The position numbers were made by a program, and so were the translations under genes. Source: Eubacteriales bacterium (GTDB lineage: Bacteria; Bacillota; Clostridia; Oscillospirales; CAG-272). Taken from it: a stretch of DNA of 64,000 bases. Under the pieces are notes generated by a model. That model was not told the origin of the DNA, did not search any database, and saw only the letters and a program-made list of their open reading frames with translations. The stretch's first letter is position 1. Each line of letters begins with the position of its first letter. Positions 10,280 to 20,062 of the stretch are shown here, in pieces. The DNA is taken from assembly GCA_045612105.1 (NCBI GenBank), contig JAZKYL010000153.1:14832-78831 (forward strand), given 5' to 3'.

Positions 10280-10570
10280 ATGGCAGAGACTCGCGATATG
10301 GTCAAGGGCGACATTATTTATTATAAAAACAAGCCCCTTGTCAGGGAAAAAGATACAATTTGCTACGGCGATTTTACTGAGAAGTGCGTTCTTATTTTTG
10401 AGATAATGTCGTACGTTGAAAAGGAAGGACAGAAGGTCCCCGGAAAGATATTCATTCAGGTTATCGACTCCGAAAGTGGCAAGATACTGAAGCAGGCAGA
10501 CAAGGAAGGTATGTTTGATGCCTTCACCTACGGAATCTTCTGGTACGAAAAGTTCCTTTCCGAAAATTAA
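10280..10570 (+). CDS. hypothetical small protein (96 aa)
   Basis: Has its own promoter, an AAGGTGA RBS and a downstream terminator. I prefer it over the antisense 157-aa ORF. Confidence 0.6.
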   Translation: MAETRDMVKGDIIYYKNKPLVREKDTICYGDFTEKCVLIFEIMSYVEKEGQKVPGKIFIQVIDSESGKILKQADKEGMFDAFTYGIFWYEKFLSEN

Positions 10571-10594
10571 TATTAGAGATATACTTGTAAAATT

Positions 10595-10627
10595 CCCCGT
10601 TGCGGTTCGCAACGGGGATATTTCTAT
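10595..10627 (+). terminator. Rho-independent terminator
   Basis: CCCCGTTGCG / CGCAACGGGG stem (10595-10604 / 10608-10617) followed by a T-rich tract. Confidence 0.75.
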
Positions 10628-10657
10628 TTAAGTTCAAAGAAAAATGGGTCGACTACA

Positions 10658-11518
10658 TTAATTCTCTCCTTTAACAAGCTCCACAACAACGATCTCGCGC
10701 GGATTGTTGAACCTTATGGGAAAGCTGCTGTTGCCAACACCTCTGCTGACGATCAGCACGCTATCCTCCCTTTCATATATTCCGCCGTCATATTCGGGGA
10801 AAAATCCGTAACTAGGGGCATAAAGACCACCAATGAACGGAAGACGGAACTGTCCACCGTGAAGGTGACCGCTAAAAACAAGATCAAATCCGCAATTAGC
10901 GTACTGAGGAAAATCGGTTGGACGGTGTGCCAAAAGCAGAGAAAACTTCTCGTCCTTTCCCATAAACTCGGTCAACTCATCGTTTGAAGGAATATGACCG
11001 AAATTTTGGTCGTTGAGTCCAACCAAGTGGATAAATTCGCCACCGCGCTCGATAGTCACGCTTTCATCTTCAAGCAAAATCGCACCAACCGACGCAAGTC
11101 GCTCTTTCATTTCTGCATATTCGTCCTCCGGCAAAGCCGCCTCGTGATTTCCGCTTATATAATAGGTGGGAGCAATTTTTACCGCCTGCTCCACAAAGCT
11201 CACAGCAACGTCAATATTGGTTCTGTTTCGGTCAACCAGATCGCCTGTAAGCACGATAATATTAGGTCTGCTCTCTTCAAGCGTGGAAAGAAGCCGCGAG
11301 TTTCCTTCTCCAAGCTCGTCGTTATGTAGGTCTGAGACCTGAGCTATGCGAAATCCCGAAAAGGCATCGGGGAGCTCTTCGCTGTAAACAGTAAATTCTG
11401 TGACGGTTATCGCCGTGTTTCCCCAAATCATCCAGATGACGAAAGTAAGAAGCAACACGGCAACGACCGAAAAAATAATAAATCTTTTTTTCATTAAAGT
11501 TTTTCCGTATATCGACAT
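10658..11518 (-). CDS. membrane-anchored metallophosphoesterase (YkuE/calcineurin-like)
   Basis: N-terminal TM helix. Motifs QVSDLH, GDLVD, GNHE, GHLHGG. Confidence 0.85.
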   Translation of the reverse strand: MSIYGKTLMKKRFIIFSVVAVLLLTFVIWMIWGNTAITVTEFTVYSEELPDAFSGFRIAQVSDLHNDELGEGNSRLLSTLEESRPNIIVLTGDLVDRNRTNIDVAVSFVEQAVKIAPTYYISGNHEAALPEDEYAEMKERLASVGAILLEDESVTIERGGEFIHLVGLNDQNFGHIPSNDELTEFMGKDEKFSLLLAHRPTDFPQYANCGFDLVFSGHLHGGQFRLPFIGGLYAPSYGFFPEYDGGIYEREDSVLIVSRGVGNSSFPIRFNNPREIVVVELVKGEN

Positions 11519-12450
11519 TTAGGATAGCTCTTACATCCCCAAAATTTTTGACCTGCATTATCTCCTTTTTTTGATGTTCTCAAAATCAAATCAGAGCCGC
11601 ATCTCGGGCATCGTTTTTCATTGGAATCCAAAGATTCCTTTGAATAATTATTTGAACTATTTAAATTTTGTTCACTATAAACGTTATTTTGATAAGCGGT
11701 TTTCTGCTCCATCTTAACAGAAACATCATACACGTGCTTGATCTTTTCAAACTCACTAACCTGCGTCAATGGAAACAAACGATCATATATCTCATCCACC
11801 TGATACTCTGTCAAAATGCAACAAGACGAATCGAGATGGTTCTGCACAAAATCGTGTAATTCAAACTCGTTTAGCACAACGTGTCTGTTGCTCGTCAGCG
11901 TCACATCCTTCAACTCGCACGAATTTCCAAACACAATACATGAGTAGAATGGGATTTGTAAATTCAAAGGCTGAAGGTAATTTTTTAACCACTTTATATG
12001 GGTTTTATTTTGCATTATAGGGTTATAAAAATGAAATTTTTGTGAACCATAACGACCTTTCCTAAAGGATTGAGTCCATTTTGGCTGTTCTTCAGAACCA
12101 AATATCCAGCCGCTGTAATTTTTGGATTCAAAAACGTATATTCCCTTTTCATGAATCATTATTACATCTATTTCGGTAGTAGTCGAGTCGTTTTTTGGAA
12201 TATAGCAATTAAATATCATCTTCTTATATCCGGATACTATATCTAAATGCTTCGACAATACAAATTCCGCAGCAGATCCCTTATCATTATACAAATCAAT
12301 TATACTTTTTCCTGTTTGTCTGTAATAGTCACTTTCTTTATGTTTTTTTATTATGAAAAATAAGATTGCTAAACATACCGCAGCAAATATCAAAAGTAAA
12401 AATCCAAAAAAAGAAGCATCTCTGACAACAAAAAACAGACTATTTTTCAT
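11494..12450 (-). CDS. NERD domain protein with N-terminal TM helix and C-terminal topoisomerase-type zinc ribbon
   Basis: The central region resembles the NERD nuclease-related domain (EIDVIMIHEKGIYVFESKNYSGWI). C-terminus is CPRCGSDLILR...FWGCKSYPKC. The 3' end overlaps the phosphoesterase start by 25 nt. Confidence 0.75.
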   Translation of the reverse strand: MKNSLFFVVRDASFFGFLLLIFAAVCLAILFFIIKKHKESDYYRQTGKSIIDLYNDKGSAAEFVLSKHLDIVSGYKKMIFNCYIPKNDSTTTEIDVIMIHEKGIYVFESKNYSGWIFGSEEQPKWTQSFRKGRYGSQKFHFYNPIMQNKTHIKWLKNYLQPLNLQIPFYSCIVFGNSCELKDVTLTSNRHVVLNEFELHDFVQNHLDSSCCILTEYQVDEIYDRLFPLTQVSEFEKIKHVYDVSVKMEQKTAYQNNVYSEQNLNSSNNYSKESLDSNEKRCPRCGSDLILRTSKKGDNAGQKFWGCKSYPKCRYTEKL

Positions 12451-12466
12451 CGTTGGCTATCTCCAA

Positions 12467-13453
12467 TTATAACATATCATTCCCCACGGGGGTATAGAAA
12501 AGCTTTGAAAATTCAGCGGCAGTCTTACATTTGGGAAGTGCCCACATGACCTTGGCAACCACCGTCTCGGTGGTCATATCGTATGCCTCGGGCAACTCGT
12601 ATTTCTGCTTGATGCGAAGTCCCACCTGGTAAACTCCCATATCACTTCCTTCATGAGGCACCTGGGTGGTGATAACGATGCGAACGCCCTTGGCTATCAG
12701 CTTTTCGATCTTTTCGACGAACTCGTCGTTGTCGTAGTAAGGCAATCCGCCCACACCAAAGCTCTCGATAATAACCGCGTGGTATCTGTCGGCGATAAAA
12801 TCAAAGATGTCCGCGCTCATTCCGGGGATCAGCTTAACGACGATGACCGAGGAGTCGATCTCGTCACAGAATACGGGCTCGCCGACTATATTTTCACGAA
12901 TATAATATTTCACCGAGCCGCGTATAAATCCAATTTCAGGATAGTCTATGCTGGAAAAGGCATTGAAGCTCTTGGTTCTCGTCTTTCTCGCTCTTGTCGC
13001 GGCGATGATCTTGTCACCAAAGACAATATGTACTCCGCAAGCCGAATCGTCAGCGGCATACATAAAGGCATCGGTAAGATTTTCGCGTGCGTCAGTATCT
13101 CGCTTCTCTATCGGTATCTGCGCGCCTGTGAGGACGATAGGCTTTCGGCTGTTCTGTATCAAATAATGCAACATAGCCGCCGCGTATGCCATAGTGTCGG
13201 TGCCGTGGGTGATGACAAATCCGTCGTAATCGTTGTACACCTTACGGATATATCTCGCCACCTCAAGCCAATACTCTGGCCGCATATTTGTGCTGTCGAG
13301 ATTGTAAAGCTGAACGGTGGACACACGACAGATCTTTCTGACCTCGGGAACGTGGGATAACAGCTGCTCCGAAGCTAAAGCAGGCACTAAACCGTTTTCG
13401 CTTTCAGCGGAAGCAATAGTGCCTCCGGTGGTAATTAAAAGAATGTGTTTCAT
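12467..13453 (-). CDS. ansA: type I L-asparaginase
   Basis: TTGGTIAS and THGTDTMAY active-site motifs. Confidence 0.9.
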   Translation of the reverse strand: MKHILLITTGGTIASAESENGLVPALASEQLLSHVPEVRKICRVSTVQLYNLDSTNMRPEYWLEVARYIRKVYNDYDGFVITHGTDTMAYAAAMLHYLIQNSRKPIVLTGAQIPIEKRDTDARENLTDAFMYAADDSACGVHIVFGDKIIAATRARKTRTKSFNAFSSIDYPEIGFIRGSVKYYIRENIVGEPVFCDEIDSSVIVVKLIPGMSADIFDFIADRYHAVIIESFGVGGLPYYDNDEFVEKIEKLIAKGVRIVITTQVPHEGSDMGVYQVGLRIKQKYELPEAYDMTTETVVAKVMWALPKCKTAAEFSKLFYTPVGNDML

Positions 13454-14166
13454 ATGCCAAAACCACCATCCACTCCAATAATTTGGGCAGTTATGAACGA
13501 CGCCTTCTCACTTGCAAGGAAATAAACAAGCTCCGCAACCTCAGCGGGGTCTCCGATTCGATAAAGAGGGGTCTCCTCGCAAAGCTCTGCCATAGTGTCG
13601 TCGTCGTAGCAATCGTTCATTTCGGTATCGATAACTCCCGGCTCAACGCAATTGACGCGTATTCCCGAAGGACCAAGCTCCTTGGCAAGAGAAAGCGTCA
13701 GACCGCGAAGTCCCGCCTTGCTTGCCGAGTACGCAGACTCGCAAGATGCGCCGCAACGTCCCCACACCGAGCCGATATTGATGATCGATCCGCTCTGCTG
13801 TTTCACCATATCCTCTGTTGCCGAGCGACTCATATAAAAGGCACTGGAAAGATTGGTGTTTATCATCTTCATCCAATGATCGTTTGTCATATCGGTTATA
13901 AGCTCGCTTTCGCTGATGCCCGCATTGTTTACAAGCACGTCAACACCGCCGAGATACTCCACCGCCTGACTGTATGCCCAAGCGGCTTCGTCGGGATCGG
14001 AAAGATCTGCCTTTATGGGGAAAGCTCCGGTCTCATCGGCGCAATCCTCTGCCGCATCGTCGTTATTACGGTAAATAAACGCCACGGCATAGCCGTTTTC
14101 GGAGAAAAGCTCCACGCAGGCGCGTCCAATGCCTCGCGAGCCACCGGTAATGATAACCTTTTTCAT
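13450..14166 (-). CDS. SDR family oxidoreductase (FabG-like)
   Basis: TGGSRGIG cofactor motif, NNAG, YSASKAG catalytic motif. Confidence 0.88.
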   Translation of the reverse strand: MKKVIITGGSRGIGRACVELFSENGYAVAFIYRNNDDAAEDCADETGAFPIKADLSDPDEAAWAYSQAVEYLGGVDVLVNNAGISESELITDMTNDHWMKMINTNLSSAFYMSRSATEDMVKQQSGSIINIGSVWGRCGASCESAYSASKAGLRGLTLSLAKELGPSGIRVNCVEPGVIDTEMNDCYDDDTMAELCEETPLYRIGDPAEVAELVYFLASEKASFITAQIIGVDGGFGI

Positions 14167-14196
14167 TTGTTGAATTACCTTTCTCGAATATGTATT

Positions 14197-15942
14197 TTAG
14201 TCCTCAAGCACGGATTTTTTGGCTAGGATAGCACTTATAATCTCGGGCGGGAACTTGAACTTTCTCTCATATGTCAAAAGACCGTTCTGCTCCTGCTCAA
14301 CGTCGGTGAGCTGGGTGTAGCAATATGCGAAAATATCCTTGTTTTCAAGCAAAACGTCGGTAAGTCCCTCAAGACGCTTAAGGAACTCCTCCTTCGTCTT
14401 GACGCTGACACCGTAGCCCCAGCCGTTGCCGTCTCCCGGGGCCCAACGGATTCCGCCGTATTCGCTGACGAATATTGGCTTTGTGGGGTCGTACCACTGT
14501 CTGTTCTGCTGCCCTCTGAATATCTGGCACTTGACCACACCCTCATTGATGTGTGAGTAATACTCTCTGAATTTTTCGGGATCCTGCTCGTAGTCGTGGA
14601 CGTCGTGAACGTCGCTTCGGCAGGGGTAAGAACCGCTGTTAGTTACGATAGGACGGGTGGGATCGATAGCTCTCGTTACGTCGAAGATCATATTTATAAA
14701 ATCGTTATTCTGTCTTCTGCCCTCCTGATCCCAAGTCTCGTTGAAAGGACACCAGCCGATGACCGAGGGGTGAGACATATCTCTCTTGACCTCTTCGATC
14801 CACTCTGGTAGGAAATGGTAGATGCTCATAGGATCGGTGTGGTCGAGTCCCCAGTTTCCGGTCTCGTCAAAGACCATATAACCGAGTCTGTCTGCGTGAT
14901 ACAAAAATCTCGGCTCAAACACCTTCTGGTGAAGTCTCGCGCCGTTAAAACCAAGCTTCATCGATGCTTCGATGTCGAATATCAACGCTTCGTCCGAAGG
15001 CGCGGTGTAGATTCCGTCAGGATAGAAGCCCTGATCAAGGACAAAGCGACCGAAAACACGTCTGCCGTTGAGGTAGAGTCCATCTCTCGTAAGTCTCACG
15101 TCGCGGAGACCGAAATAGCCCTCCAGGGTGTCCTTTGTCTCTCCGTCCTTGACGATTTCGAATACTACGTCATAAAGGTTGCCCTGTCCTAAATCCCAAA
15201 GGTGCTTTTCCGAAAGCTTTACGGCAAGGGTGCTTCTTCGGTCAAGGATCTTGGTCTCGCCCGAGCCGACCTCTCTACCGTCGAAATAAACGGTTGCCTT
15301 AAGTGTCGCACCAAGTGCTTTTTCGCTCGTTTCTGCCGACAAAATGACCGTGGTATTAGCAACGTCAGCCACCGCCTCGTATCTTTCAATATATGCGGCA
15401 TCGACCGCCTCAAGCCATACCGTCTGCCAGATACCTGTCGTTCTCGTATAGTAGCAGCTGAAGGAATCAAGCCTCGGGCTCTGCTTTCCGCTGAGCTGAC
15501 GGGGTGAGCGGGTGTCGTCCTTGGCATAAACGGTGATATAGTTACTATTCTCTGCCAGCGCGGAGGTTATATCAAAGCAGAAAGGTGTATAGCCGCCCTT
15601 GTGAGTACCAACTCCCTTCCCGTTAACAAAAACCTGAGTTTCATAATCACAAGCGTCGATATGGAGCAGGACTCTCTTGCCCTGCCAAGCCTCAGGGATC
15701 TCAATATTACGTCTGTACCACACCGCATTCATAAAATCGGTGTGCCCGATACCCGAAAGTCGGCTCTCGGGACAGAAGGGTACGATTATCTTGCCGTCAA
15801 GGCTATCTCTCTTTTCAAAATGCTTTTCTGCGCCGACAAGCGCGTTATCTATCTCAAAATCCCACTCTCCGTTGAGGCTTATCCAATTTTCTCTCATCGC
15901 ATCGGGGCGGGGATGCTCAAGTCTCAAATTAATATTCTCCAT
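14197..15942 (-). CDS. glycoside hydrolase family 2 (beta-galactosidase/glucuronidase-like)
   Basis: 581 aa from MENINL. GH2 sugar-binding N-terminus (WNGEWDF-like LNGEWDF) and WCPFNETW acid/base region. Confidence 0.85.
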   Translation of the reverse strand: MENINLRLEHPRPDAMRENWISLNGEWDFEIDNALVGAEKHFEKRDSLDGKIIVPFCPESRLSGIGHTDFMNAVWYRRNIEIPEAWQGKRVLLHIDACDYETQVFVNGKGVGTHKGGYTPFCFDITSALAENSNYITVYAKDDTRSPRQLSGKQSPRLDSFSCYYTRTTGIWQTVWLEAVDAAYIERYEAVADVANTTVILSAETSEKALGATLKATVYFDGREVGSGETKILDRRSTLAVKLSEKHLWDLGQGNLYDVVFEIVKDGETKDTLEGYFGLRDVRLTRDGLYLNGRRVFGRFVLDQGFYPDGIYTAPSDEALIFDIEASMKLGFNGARLHQKVFEPRFLYHADRLGYMVFDETGNWGLDHTDPMSIYHFLPEWIEEVKRDMSHPSVIGWCPFNETWDQEGRRQNNDFINMIFDVTRAIDPTRPIVTNSGSYPCRSDVHDVHDYEQDPEKFREYYSHINEGVVKCQIFRGQQNRQWYDPTKPIFVSEYGGIRWAPGDGNGWGYGVSVKTKEEFLKRLEGLTDVLLENKDIFAYCYTQLTDVEQEQNGLLTYERKFKFPPEIISAILAKKSVLED

Positions 15943-16173
15943 AAAATCCGCCTTTCCGCGCAAAAACGCTTTGAGTTAATTAAATTATAGCATATTAATA
16001 TATAAAATTCAATATTTTTTTCATTTTCTTGCGATATTTTAATCATTATTTCAATATTTTTTTGCCAAAGCTCTTGCAAAACGGTAAAATTTGTTGTATA
16101 ATATAATTTGGTATACGATGTATGCCCTAAAACAGTAAAAAAATAAAAAGTACATAATACATAGGAGGTCATT

Positions 16174-17424
16174 ATGGCAAACGCAAGATACGAGTCCGCT
16201 AAGGAAATCTACGCAAAGTACGGTATTGATACCGAAGCGGCTATCGCAGCTCTTTCCGACGTTCGCATTTCTATGCACTGCTGGCAGGCAGACGACGTTC
16301 GTGGATTTGAAGGAACCGGCACTCTTTCCGGCGGTATTCAGACTACCGGTAACTACCCCGGCGGTGCAAGATGTCCCGACGAGCTCTTCGCAGACCTTGA
16401 CAAGGCTCTTTCTCTCATCCCCGGAACCCACAAGATCAACGTTCACGCAAACTATGCTATCGCTGAGGACGGCGAGACCATCGACCGCGACTGCATCGAG
16501 CCCCGTCACTTCAAGAGATGGGTCGAGTTCGCAAAGAAGCACAACTGCGGTCTCGATTTCAACCCCACCTTCTTCTCTCACCCCAAGGCTTCGGGTCTTA
16601 CCCTCTCCAGCCCCGACGATGAGATCAGAAACTTCTGGATCAAGCACGGTATCGCTTGTATCCGTATTTCCGAGTACTTCGCTCGTGAGACAGGTTATCC
16701 CTGTGTTATGAACATCTGGACCGGCGACGGTACAAAGGACATCCCCGGCGACAGAATGGGTCCCCGTCAGAGATACGCTGACTCCATCGACGCTATTTTG
16801 GCTTGTGGCTACGACAAGAGCCAGGTTTACGTTACCGTTGAGTCCAAGGTATTCGGTATCGGCGTTGAGGCTTACACAGTAGGCTCTGCTGAGTTCTCTC
16901 TCGCATACGCTATGACCCGTGGTATCACTCCTCTTATGGATAACGGTCACTATCATCCTACCGAGGTAGTTTCCGATAAGATCCCCGCGCTTCTCGTCTT
17001 CTCCGACAAGATCGCTCTTCACATCACCCGTCCTATCCGTTGGGACTCCGACCACGTTGTTGCATACGACGATGAGACCCGCGAGATGATGAAGGAAGTC
17101 GTTCGTTGCAACGCTCTTGACAGAGTATTCCTCGCAACCGACTACTTCGACGCTTCCATCAACCGTGTAGCGGCTCTCGTTATCGGTATGAGAAACGTTC
17201 AGAAGGCTCTTCTTAACGCTCTTCTTACTCCCAACGCTGAGATCAAGGGCTACCAGGATAAGGGCGACTACACCAAGATGCTTATGCTTCAGGAAGAGAT
17301 CAAGACCCTTCCTATGGGCGACGTCTGGATGGAATTCTGCGAAAGAGCTGGCGTTCCCGGCTGCTCTTGCTGGTTCAAGGAGATCGAAAAGTACGAGGCA
17401 GAGGTTCTCTCCAAGAGAGTTTAA
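16174..17424 (+). CDS. rhaA: L-rhamnose isomerase
   Basis: 416 aa. ISMHCWQADDVRGFE and later metal-binding regions typical of RhaA. Confidence 0.92.
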   Translation: MANARYESAKEIYAKYGIDTEAAIAALSDVRISMHCWQADDVRGFEGTGTLSGGIQTTGNYPGGARCPDELFADLDKALSLIPGTHKINVHANYAIAEDGETIDRDCIEPRHFKRWVEFAKKHNCGLDFNPTFFSHPKASGLTLSSPDDEIRNFWIKHGIACIRISEYFARETGYPCVMNIWTGDGTKDIPGDRMGPRQRYADSIDAILACGYDKSQVYVTVESKVFGIGVEAYTVGSAEFSLAYAMTRGITPLMDNGHYHPTEVVSDKIPALLVFSDKIALHITRPIRWDSDHVVAYDDETREMMKEVVRCNALDRVFLATDYFDASINRVAALVIGMRNVQKALLNALLTPNAEIKGYQDKGDYTKMLMLQEEIKTLPMGDVWMEFCERAGVPGCSCWFKEIEKYEAEVLSKRV

Positions 17425-17442
17425 TTTGTAAGTACATAGTTA

Positions 17443-17476
17443 AAGCGCCCGCCGCGGCGGTCGCTTTTCGTTTTTA
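17443..17476 (+). terminator. terminator after rhaA
   Basis: GC-rich GCGCCCGCCGCGGCGGTCGC hairpin followed by TTTTCGTTTTT. Confidence 0.7.
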
Positions 17477-17482
17477 TTAAGA

Positions 17483-19990
17483 TTAGCATATCTCTTCAAA
17501 AGTGAGTCGGTATGCGGTACCGTATCCTGTGTTCCAGTTGGTTCCCACAACGTAGACTACGTTATCTACGATATTTATACTTTCCGGCTCGACGTTGTCG
17601 GGCAGGGATACCTCGATGGTTCTGACAAGATTAGCATTCCAATCGTATATCCTTATCTCCGAGGAATATCCGTTCTGTGAGGAACGGATGAAATAGATTC
17701 CTTGAGCATCACAGAAAACTCCTTGAGAAAGCGAGCCGGGCATTTCCACCGAAACGCTCTTTTCAAGCTCCATATTTCCGCTCCAGATGTCGATTACTTC
17801 TCCGCTCCATTCACCCGAGGCGTATTTATCAAGCTCGGGGAAATAACCCATAGCAAAGAAGGGCTTTTCGAGGTCTGCGGTCTGGGTTATCTGCAAAGTA
17901 TTTGGATCTACTAATGAATAGCGATAATAATGTCCGTCGGGTGACTGACAGTGAGTAACCACCAGCTTTCCAAGCTTTGGATTATAGGTTATATTGTTGG
18001 CATGATCAAGGGCGAGGACGTCGCTCTCCTTAACTATTTTTCCCGTCTTGTCTATAACCATTATCCGCGCGTTTTCATAGTTTCCCTCAAGCTTTCTTAT
18101 TCCGGCTACGTAATAATAAGTTCCGTCGAAATATCCACCCTGAATGATGTAATAATTTATATCCGAGCACTGGAACGCAAAAAGCTCCTCACCGTGCGCA
18201 ATATAACTCTTACCCGCCTCAAGCTTATGAATATTCGTCATTTTTTCGAAATCCTCTTCGTTGCCGTTAAGTATGCCTTTATTGGAAAAGCTGCTGCCGT
18301 AATAGTAATAGCTCTCGCCATCCTCAAGCAGATATGATATCTCGTCTATAGTGTCAAGCACCGCAACGTAGGCCACGTCAATAGTATATGCTCCCGAAGT
18401 CAAAAGCATAAAATATATTTCTTGAGTCGATTCGACAGTATAGTTCTTGCCTTCGGGTATCTTTGCAAGAGCAACCTTCCATCCGCCCATAGTCGAGTCG
18501 CCGACAATTGCACCAATATCCTTGTAAAGCGGTCTTCCAGGCTGATCAGCCTCTTCTCCGTTATTTTTCGAGCTCACGTTAAAGGTGAAGCTTCCGCCTT
18601 CGGCTCGGTATTTAATCGCAACGTAATTTCCCGTAGCATATTTGTCTGCAGTCCAAGTGCCCGCGCCGGAGCCACCGGTCAGATTAAGATGACCAGCAGA
18701 CGTGCCTGTAAAACGGTTATAAAGCGTAAGACTTCCATTATCAATCTGTAATTTTGAAATTTCAGCATTAAAGCAATCCATACTACCAAGAGTTGAATAC
18801 CAATTCACACTGTCCGGCATGCTTATGCTCTTAACCGCTTTACCGCAAAGCAAACAATTTATTTCTGACTTGTTTCCGTTCGTATTTTCTGTGGCAAAGT
18901 ATGATTCGGGGTGAACTACGCAAGTGTTGTCATTTGTATATCGCTCTATACTGTTGGTTCTATCAACAGACCACTCGTATCTTTCCGCACTCACGATCTC
19001 ACCGACCTCGCTGAGCTGATCAAAGAAAGCAATATACGCTATATCCATATAGTCACTCAAATCAAATCTAGGTTCCCATTTGTCACCGTTGAGTATTCCC
19101 TGGGAGCCGACAATCGGGCGAAGCTGTAAAAATCTCCAAGTATAGCTGCCATCACTGTTCTGAACAAAATACGTATTGGAATCTCCGATGCACTTTTCAG
19201 CGTCAATAACGATATAGTGCCATTGATTATCCTCGGATACTTTAATTGATATATTCTGTCCTTCGCTTTCAAGAATACCGACAGTTCCTCCGTAAAAGGT
19301 TATATGCTGTGAGTTGTTACCGTTTTCGCCTATACGGAGCTTAATAGCCATATACCTTCCGCTGTTAATACTTTGTCCGCTGAGAAGATTTATTCCCATC
19401 CAACCGCTTGCGTTAAGCTTCATATTGTCCATGCGGACAAAACTCTCTCCTCCCTCGCTCTTCAAGGTAAGATCAATATCACCTACTACCGCCTTACTGC
19501 TTTCCGCCAACACCTCTGCAGGAAGATACCCTTCAATGCTTGCAGATACTCCATAGTTTTTCATGACGTGACCGCAAGAGCAGGCATAAGAGTATTCACC
19601 GTTAATTATAACAACGGAATAAGTATGATAGTGAACCGGAGGAGTCACGGTTTCGGTCGCGGTACTTTCTTCGCTTTCGCTATTTTCCGTGTCACCGCCA
19701 AAGTTTTTATTTACAAGGTAGTATCTTAAAAGATTGAGATCGTGCAAACGAACTGTGTCGTTGCCATCCATATCAGCATTAGAATTTATCTCGACTGATG
19801 AAATTCCTGTATCATAGTTCAGGTTGGCGAGATATTTTCGCACTAAGATAAGGTCTTTACTGTCTACTGCTCCATCACCGTTTGCATCTCCGTTGAGCGT
19901 TTCGCTATTTACTGCTAAAATACCAATCGTTAAAGCAATTAAAACAAGGAAAATTGACAACAAAGCGCATAAAATCTGTGTTTTTTTCAT
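17483..19990 (-). CDS. secreted dockerin-containing protein of unknown function
   Basis: Start set at MKKTQIL (19988-19990) because the upstream ATG lies inside a terminator hairpin. Signal peptide, then a two-segment dockerin (DANGDGAVDSKDLILVRKYL ... DMDGNDTVRLHDLNLLRYYL). The remainder is a large beta-rich region. Confidence 0.8.
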   Translation of the reverse strand: MKKTQILCALLSIFLVLIALTIGILAVNSETLNGDANGDGAVDSKDLILVRKYLANLNYDTGISSVEINSNADMDGNDTVRLHDLNLLRYYLVNKNFGGDTENSESEESTATETVTPPVHYHTYSVVIINGEYSYACSCGHVMKNYGVSASIEGYLPAEVLAESSKAVVGDIDLTLKSEGGESFVRMDNMKLNASGWMGINLLSGQSINSGRYMAIKLRIGENGNNSQHITFYGGTVGILESEGQNISIKVSEDNQWHYIVIDAEKCIGDSNTYFVQNSDGSYTWRFLQLRPIVGSQGILNGDKWEPRFDLSDYMDIAYIAFFDQLSEVGEIVSAERYEWSVDRTNSIERYTNDNTCVVHPESYFATENTNGNKSEINCLLCGKAVKSISMPDSVNWYSTLGSMDCFNAEISKLQIDNGSLTLYNRFTGTSAGHLNLTGGSGAGTWTADKYATGNYVAIKYRAEGGSFTFNVSSKNNGEEADQPGRPLYKDIGAIVGDSTMGGWKVALAKIPEGKNYTVESTQEIYFMLLTSGAYTIDVAYVAVLDTIDEISYLLEDGESYYYYGSSFSNKGILNGNEEDFEKMTNIHKLEAGKSYIAHGEELFAFQCSDINYYIIQGGYFDGTYYYVAGIRKLEGNYENARIMVIDKTGKIVKESDVLALDHANNITYNPKLGKLVVTHCQSPDGHYYRYSLVDPNTLQITQTADLEKPFFAMGYFPELDKYASGEWSGEVIDIWSGNMELEKSVSVEMPGSLSQGVFCDAQGIYFIRSSQNGYSSEIRIYDWNANLVRTIEVSLPDNVEPESINIVDNVVYVVGTNWNTGYGTAYRLTFEEIC

Positions 19991-20014
19991 TACCTTTTTA
20001 TCCCCAAAAATAGT

Positions 20015-20047
20015 CGGTCGAAGCCTTTTCATCGTGAAAAGGCTTCA
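20015..20047 (-). terminator. terminator after the hexapeptide transferase gene
   Basis: GAAGCCTTTTCA / TGAAAAGGCTTC inverted repeat, with a T run further downstream on the minus strand. Confidence 0.6.
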
Positions 20048-20062
20048 CTTGTTGCTTTTTTG

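Noticed and set aside
10139-10612. 157-aa minus-strand ORF
   Set aside because: The plus-strand 96-aa gene in the same region has a consensus promoter, an RBS and a terminator. The minus-strand ORF would run through that terminator hairpin.
12653-14226. 235-aa and 247-aa plus-strand ORFs
   Set aside because: Antisense shadows of ansA and the SDR gene, both of which carry clear catalytic motifs on the minus strand.
16051-17055. 334-aa ORF on the minus strand
   Set aside because: It is entirely antisense to the well-supported rhaA gene. Its Gly/Val/Thr-rich low-complexity translation and lack of an RBS are typical of a shadow ORF.
19991-20032. Upstream ATG extending the dockerin gene by 14 codons
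   Set aside because: This ATG lies inside the GAAGCCTTTTCA/TGAAAAGGCTTC terminator hairpin of the upstream gene. The second ATG gives a canonical signal peptide.
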